A DNA stretch of 64,000 nt, taken from NCBI GenBank assembly GCA_963708075.1, contig OY970194.1, positions 3,648,001-3,712,000 of the forward strand, in the 5' to 3' direction. Below, in pieces: positions 60,718-64,000 of the stretch. The notes under the pieces are model-generated. The model saw only the letters and a list, made by a program, of their open reading frames with translations. It was not told where the DNA came from and did no database searches. This stretch comes from Sedimentisphaerales bacterium. Lineage in GTDB: Bacteria; Planctomycetota; Phycisphaerae; Sedimentisphaerales; Anaerobacaceae. The translations under genes were made by a program, and so were the position numbers. Positions within the stretch are counted from its first letter, which is position 1; the number at the start of each line of letters is the position of its first letter.

Positions 60718-61654
60718 CTCGATTTGCGATAGCCTTTGTGCGCGAGAGTTCCAAACTTGACGCTTTACGATAGCCGGTGATGGTCACATTGTGATCCGGC
60801 TGCGCTTCTACGATGGCGTAGGAATTGCTATCCGGGCCGTGACCTTCCACCATAGCCTTGAGGGTGTAGTAGTGAATGTCATGGATATGATTATAGCTGC
60901 CTTCGTGGTGGTGGCCTTGGAAGACGGCGAATACCCTGCCTGATGACTGCAGGACCTTGCGGACCTCGGATGCGTTCTTTACATAGACGGACCCTATGCC
61001 ATCAAGCAACTGGTGGATGAAGATAACAACAGGGCTGCGGGACATGGCAAGGTCCCGCCGGAGCCAGTCGAGCTCATGAGCCGGGATGTTGGCATCGGTC
61101 CAATCGAAATTGCCGTGATCGTAATCACTGCCCTCGGCCTTGTAGTTGGCATCGAGGACGATGCAGTGCAGGTCTTTCGCGTCGAATGAGTAGTAGCTGC
61201 GGGCGATATCAATGCCGGTGTTCTCAATGTGTGAGAGAAACTGCTGTTTCGAGATGCTGTCCATGTCATGGTTGCCGAGGACGTGGTACGTCGGCCCATG
61301 GAATGCCTGAAGCACGGCCTCCACATCTTGGAGGTATCGCAGAGTCCTGCTTTCAATGGGTCGCCTGTCCTGGTCCTTGAGATCGCCGAGTTCGATGAGA
61401 AAGTCCACTCCCTCCGCATCCATTCGGGCCACACACTCGGCCAGCTTGTCCAGCGATTCGCGATAGAACCGCGTGCCCACGGCATCCGCGTCGGCGTAAT
61501 GGCAATCGGTGACGATTCCAAAGCGAATCGACCCTTGGCTGCGGATCGACAGGTTGCCGGGCGAGCAGGAAAGCGACGCAAGGGTTGCTCCTGCCGCAGA
61601 GCGTAGGAATGCCCGGCGGCTGATCATCCAACGCTGTTCATGGGCGCATTGCAT
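60659..61654 (-). CDS. Calcineurin-like metallophosphoesterase, Tat signal
   Basis: SRRAFL, D.H, LGD, GNHD, HQ, GHHH. Confidence 0.9.
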   Translation of the reverse strand: MQCAHEQRWMISRRAFLRSAAGATLASLSCSPGNLSIRSQGSIRFGIVTDCHYADADAVGTRFYRESLDKLAECVARMDAEGVDFLIELGDLKDQDRRPIESRTLRYLQDVEAVLQAFHGPTYHVLGNHDMDSISKQQFLSHIENTGIDIARSYYSFDAKDLHCIVLDANYKAEGSDYDHGNFDWTDANIPAHELDWLRRDLAMSRSPVVIFIHQLLDGIGSVYVKNASEVRKVLQSSGRVFAVFQGHHHEGSYNHIHDIHYYTLKAMVEGHGPDSNSYAIVEAQPDHNVTITGYRKASSLELSRTKAIANRAIAKLRLTLPPNTCAMGVT

Positions 61655-61658
61655 GGCA

Positions 61659-63803
61659 TCAAGCCTGTTTCAGGATCTCGCCGCGCATCGGCATAGAGCG
61701 GATGCGCACGCCTGTGGCGGCGAAGACCGCGTTGCCGATGGCCGGGGCAAGAGCGATGATCGGCGTCTCACCGCCACCGGCGGAGGGGATGTCCGTCTTG
61801 TTGATCAGGTGGACATCGATCTTGGGGACGTCGCGGAATCTTGGCACACGGTATCCGGCGAAGTTGGCGTTCAAAATCTTGCCGTCTTCGAACTGGATTT
61901 CCTCGAACAACGCGCCGCCCAGACCCATGACAATGCAGCCCTGGACCTGAGAAGTCAGGTTGGCGGGGTTGATGATCGGGCCGCACTCGAAGGCCTCGCA
62001 GACCTCGCGCACTTTGATCTCGCCCCGTTTGCGGTCGATGGCTACTTCCACACACGCCGCGACGACGGAATTCTTCTCGGTCCCGCAGGCCAGTCCCACA
62101 CTCAATTCCGGTGTGACCTTCTTCTTACGCTCGGCCCAGTTGAAGTGTTTCGCGGCCGCTTCGAGGACAGTGCGGATACGAGTATTCTCGAGGTGAGCGA
62201 GCCGGAACTCCAGCGGATCGGCGCCTGCCGCCGCGGCCAGTTCGTCCATGAACGATTCTCTGGCGAAGTTGTTGCCCGTCGCTGCCAGGCAGCGGTACGC
62301 ACCCTGAGCCAGGGGAGAGTCGGAGCCCACAGACTGCGCTCGCTTGTTCGGAATATTGTAGGGTGTGTCAACCGCCGAACCGCCGGCATTGATATTGACG
62401 AAATCCCAGGCGATGAGCGAGCCTTTCGCATCAAGCCCGCCTCTGCATTCAATGACCGCCGCCGGCCGGAAATAGGCCCAGGTAAATTCCTCGGCCCGCG
62501 TCCAGTGCACCATGACCGGCCGCCCGGCCGCTTTAGCCAGACGCGCCGCTTCCTGCGCCGCCGGAGCGGCATGTTTTCCGCCGAATCCGCCGCCCATGTC
62601 AGGCACAATGACCCGCACCCGCTCGACGGGCAGGCCGAACATCCGAGCCAGATCGCGCTGCGCCGCCGGAGGGTTGTCGACGCCCGCCCACACGGTCAGC
62701 TTATCGTCCTTCCATTCGGCAACGCCCGCCCGCGGTTCCATCGGCGTGTGCTGGATATAGGCCAGGGTGTACGTCGCGCTGAGCGTCTTGGCCGCCTCGG
62801 CAAGACCCTTTTCAGCGGACGATCCTCCCGCATCCCCCATCCGGGCGTGTTCCTTGAGATACGCATGGACGGTTTTGTTCGATGGCTGCGGGACGGTCTT
62901 CCAGGAGGCCGTTTTGGCCGCGGCTTCGAGAGCCCGGGTCGCGAGAAACACCGACGGGGCCGTGAAACCCACGAATTCGCCGTCCTGCACCACGACGACA
63001 TCCTTCATGGCCTTGGCTTCGGCCAGATCGATGGATTGCAGGGTGGCCTTGTATGAGGGCGGACGCAAGACCCGGCCGTAGAGCATGTTTGGGCGAGTGA
63101 CGTCTGATGGGAACTGATGCGCCCCGGTCACCAGATCGCGGTTGTTGGCCCGGGCAACCGAGGCGCCCATCACTTTCCAGTCACTCACCGCTGTCAGGGC
63201 AATGTTGGACTCAATCGGCTGTTTGAACGCCTCGGCAATTTCCCTGGACTTGGCGAGGTCCGCGTAGGTCAGTTTCTGGCTCGTCGCCTTATTCGTGATG
63301 GCACCGCCGCGCACCTCCAAACCGCTCACATCCACCTGCCATTGCTTAGCCGCGAAACGCGTCAACAGCTCGCGGGCGGTCGCAGCGGCCTGTCGCATCG
63401 GAGGCACGTTCTGCGGCGTCGTCCGGCTGCCGGAGGTCCCGCCGTCATCCGGCACGAAATCCGTGTCTGCCATGACAATGCGAATTCTGTCGAAGGGCAC
63501 CCGCAACTCTTCGGCCGCCGCCTGCGAGAGCTCGGTGCGTGCGCCCTGGCCCTCCTCCACCTTGCCACTCATCACAGCGATGGTGCCGTCTTCGTTGAGA
63601 TGCAGCCTTGCCACCACAGGCATGCTGCCCCCGCCGCCCCCTCCTCCGCGTCGCTGCGCCAGGGAGAGCCCTTCTGTTACGGTAATGAGAAGCCCCGCTC
63701 CCAGCGACTGTATGAACATTCGCCGGTTGAGAGTTGGATTGAGTTCGCCACTCTTGCGCCCAGACTCGGATTTCAAATTTCGAATTTTGAGATTTCGGTT
63801 CAT
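61659..63803 (-). CDS. Second molybdopterin-binding large subunit (IorB-like)
   Basis: NRRMFI, EEGQG, HTPMEP, GGGFGGK, AYR, FARESF, GGET. Confidence 0.92.
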   Translation of the reverse strand: MNRNLKIRNLKSESGRKSGELNPTLNRRMFIQSLGAGLLITVTEGLSLAQRRGGGGGGGSMPVVARLHLNEDGTIAVMSGKVEEGQGARTELSQAAAEELRVPFDRIRIVMADTDFVPDDGGTSGSRTTPQNVPPMRQAAATARELLTRFAAKQWQVDVSGLEVRGGAITNKATSQKLTYADLAKSREIAEAFKQPIESNIALTAVSDWKVMGASVARANNRDLVTGAHQFPSDVTRPNMLYGRVLRPPSYKATLQSIDLAEAKAMKDVVVVQDGEFVGFTAPSVFLATRALEAAAKTASWKTVPQPSNKTVHAYLKEHARMGDAGGSSAEKGLAEAAKTLSATYTLAYIQHTPMEPRAGVAEWKDDKLTVWAGVDNPPAAQRDLARMFGLPVERVRVIVPDMGGGFGGKHAAPAAQEAARLAKAAGRPVMVHWTRAEEFTWAYFRPAAVIECRGGLDAKGSLIAWDFVNINAGGSAVDTPYNIPNKRAQSVGSDSPLAQGAYRCLAATGNNFARESFMDELAAAAGADPLEFRLAHLENTRIRTVLEAAAKHFNWAERKKKVTPELSVGLACGTEKNSVVAACVEVAIDRKRGEIKVREVCEAFECGPIINPANLTSQVQGCIVMGLGGALFEEIQFEDGKILNANFAGYRVPRFRDVPKIDVHLINKTDIPSAGGGETPIIALAPAIGNAVFAATGVRIRSMPMRGEILKQA

Positions 63804-63809
63804 GGGCTC

Positions 63810-64000
63810 TTACCTCCGCATCTTTTCCGCCGCGCGGCGGACGGCGTTCGTGATCTTTACATACCCGTTGCACCGGCATATGTTCCCATTCATCCCCGCG
63901 ACGATCTGCTCGTCCGTCGGGTTCGGATTCTCCTTGAGCAGCGCCACCGCCGACAGGATCATCCCGCCGGTACAGTACCCGCACTGCATCGCCCCTTCTT
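63810..64000 (-). CDS. 2Fe-2S small subunit, C-terminal part (truncated by the window)
   Basis: Manual translation: GAMQCGYCTGGMIL...NPNPTDEQIVAGMNGNICRCNGY...MRR*. Confidence 0.88.
   Translation of the reverse strand, partial: EGAMQCGYCTGGMILSAVALLKENPNPTDEQIVAGMNGNICRCNGYVKITNAVRRAAEKMRR

Overview
GC-rich bacterial chromosome window. Gene content and repeat style suggest a polysaccharide-degrading Planctomycetota (Phycisphaerae-like) organism; this is inference only. Gene blocks in order: a MoxR/DUF58/bat operon with an embedded parvulin PPIase; nfi and small accessory ORFs including an FRP homologue; uvrA; an Old Yellow Enzyme-GltD/SDR/eda/flavoprotein/kdgK cluster; mtnA, nifU and an S46 peptidase; a GH3-GH43 fusion; a sugar-acid cluster (glycerate kinase, LarA-like, Fe-ADH, SDR, UxaE-like, garR, transaldolase); a GH106-like hydrolase; Moco biosynthesis genes; and two convergent IorAB-like operons with a REP-associated tyrosine transposase (RAYT) between them. 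About ten frameshifts interrupt otherwise intact genes, probably from assembly indels. The most unusual features are non-coding. (1) A cas-less array at 28844-29490 has ten AATTGGCTTTGTTT(CGCA) direct repeats separated by variable spacers, some containing copies of other genomic repeats. (2) The RAYT has cognate 80-bp REP doublets dispersed across the window. (3) Several REP families and heptamer repeats lie in frame inside protein-coding genes. (4) A 9-mer repeat supplies stop codons at gene ends.
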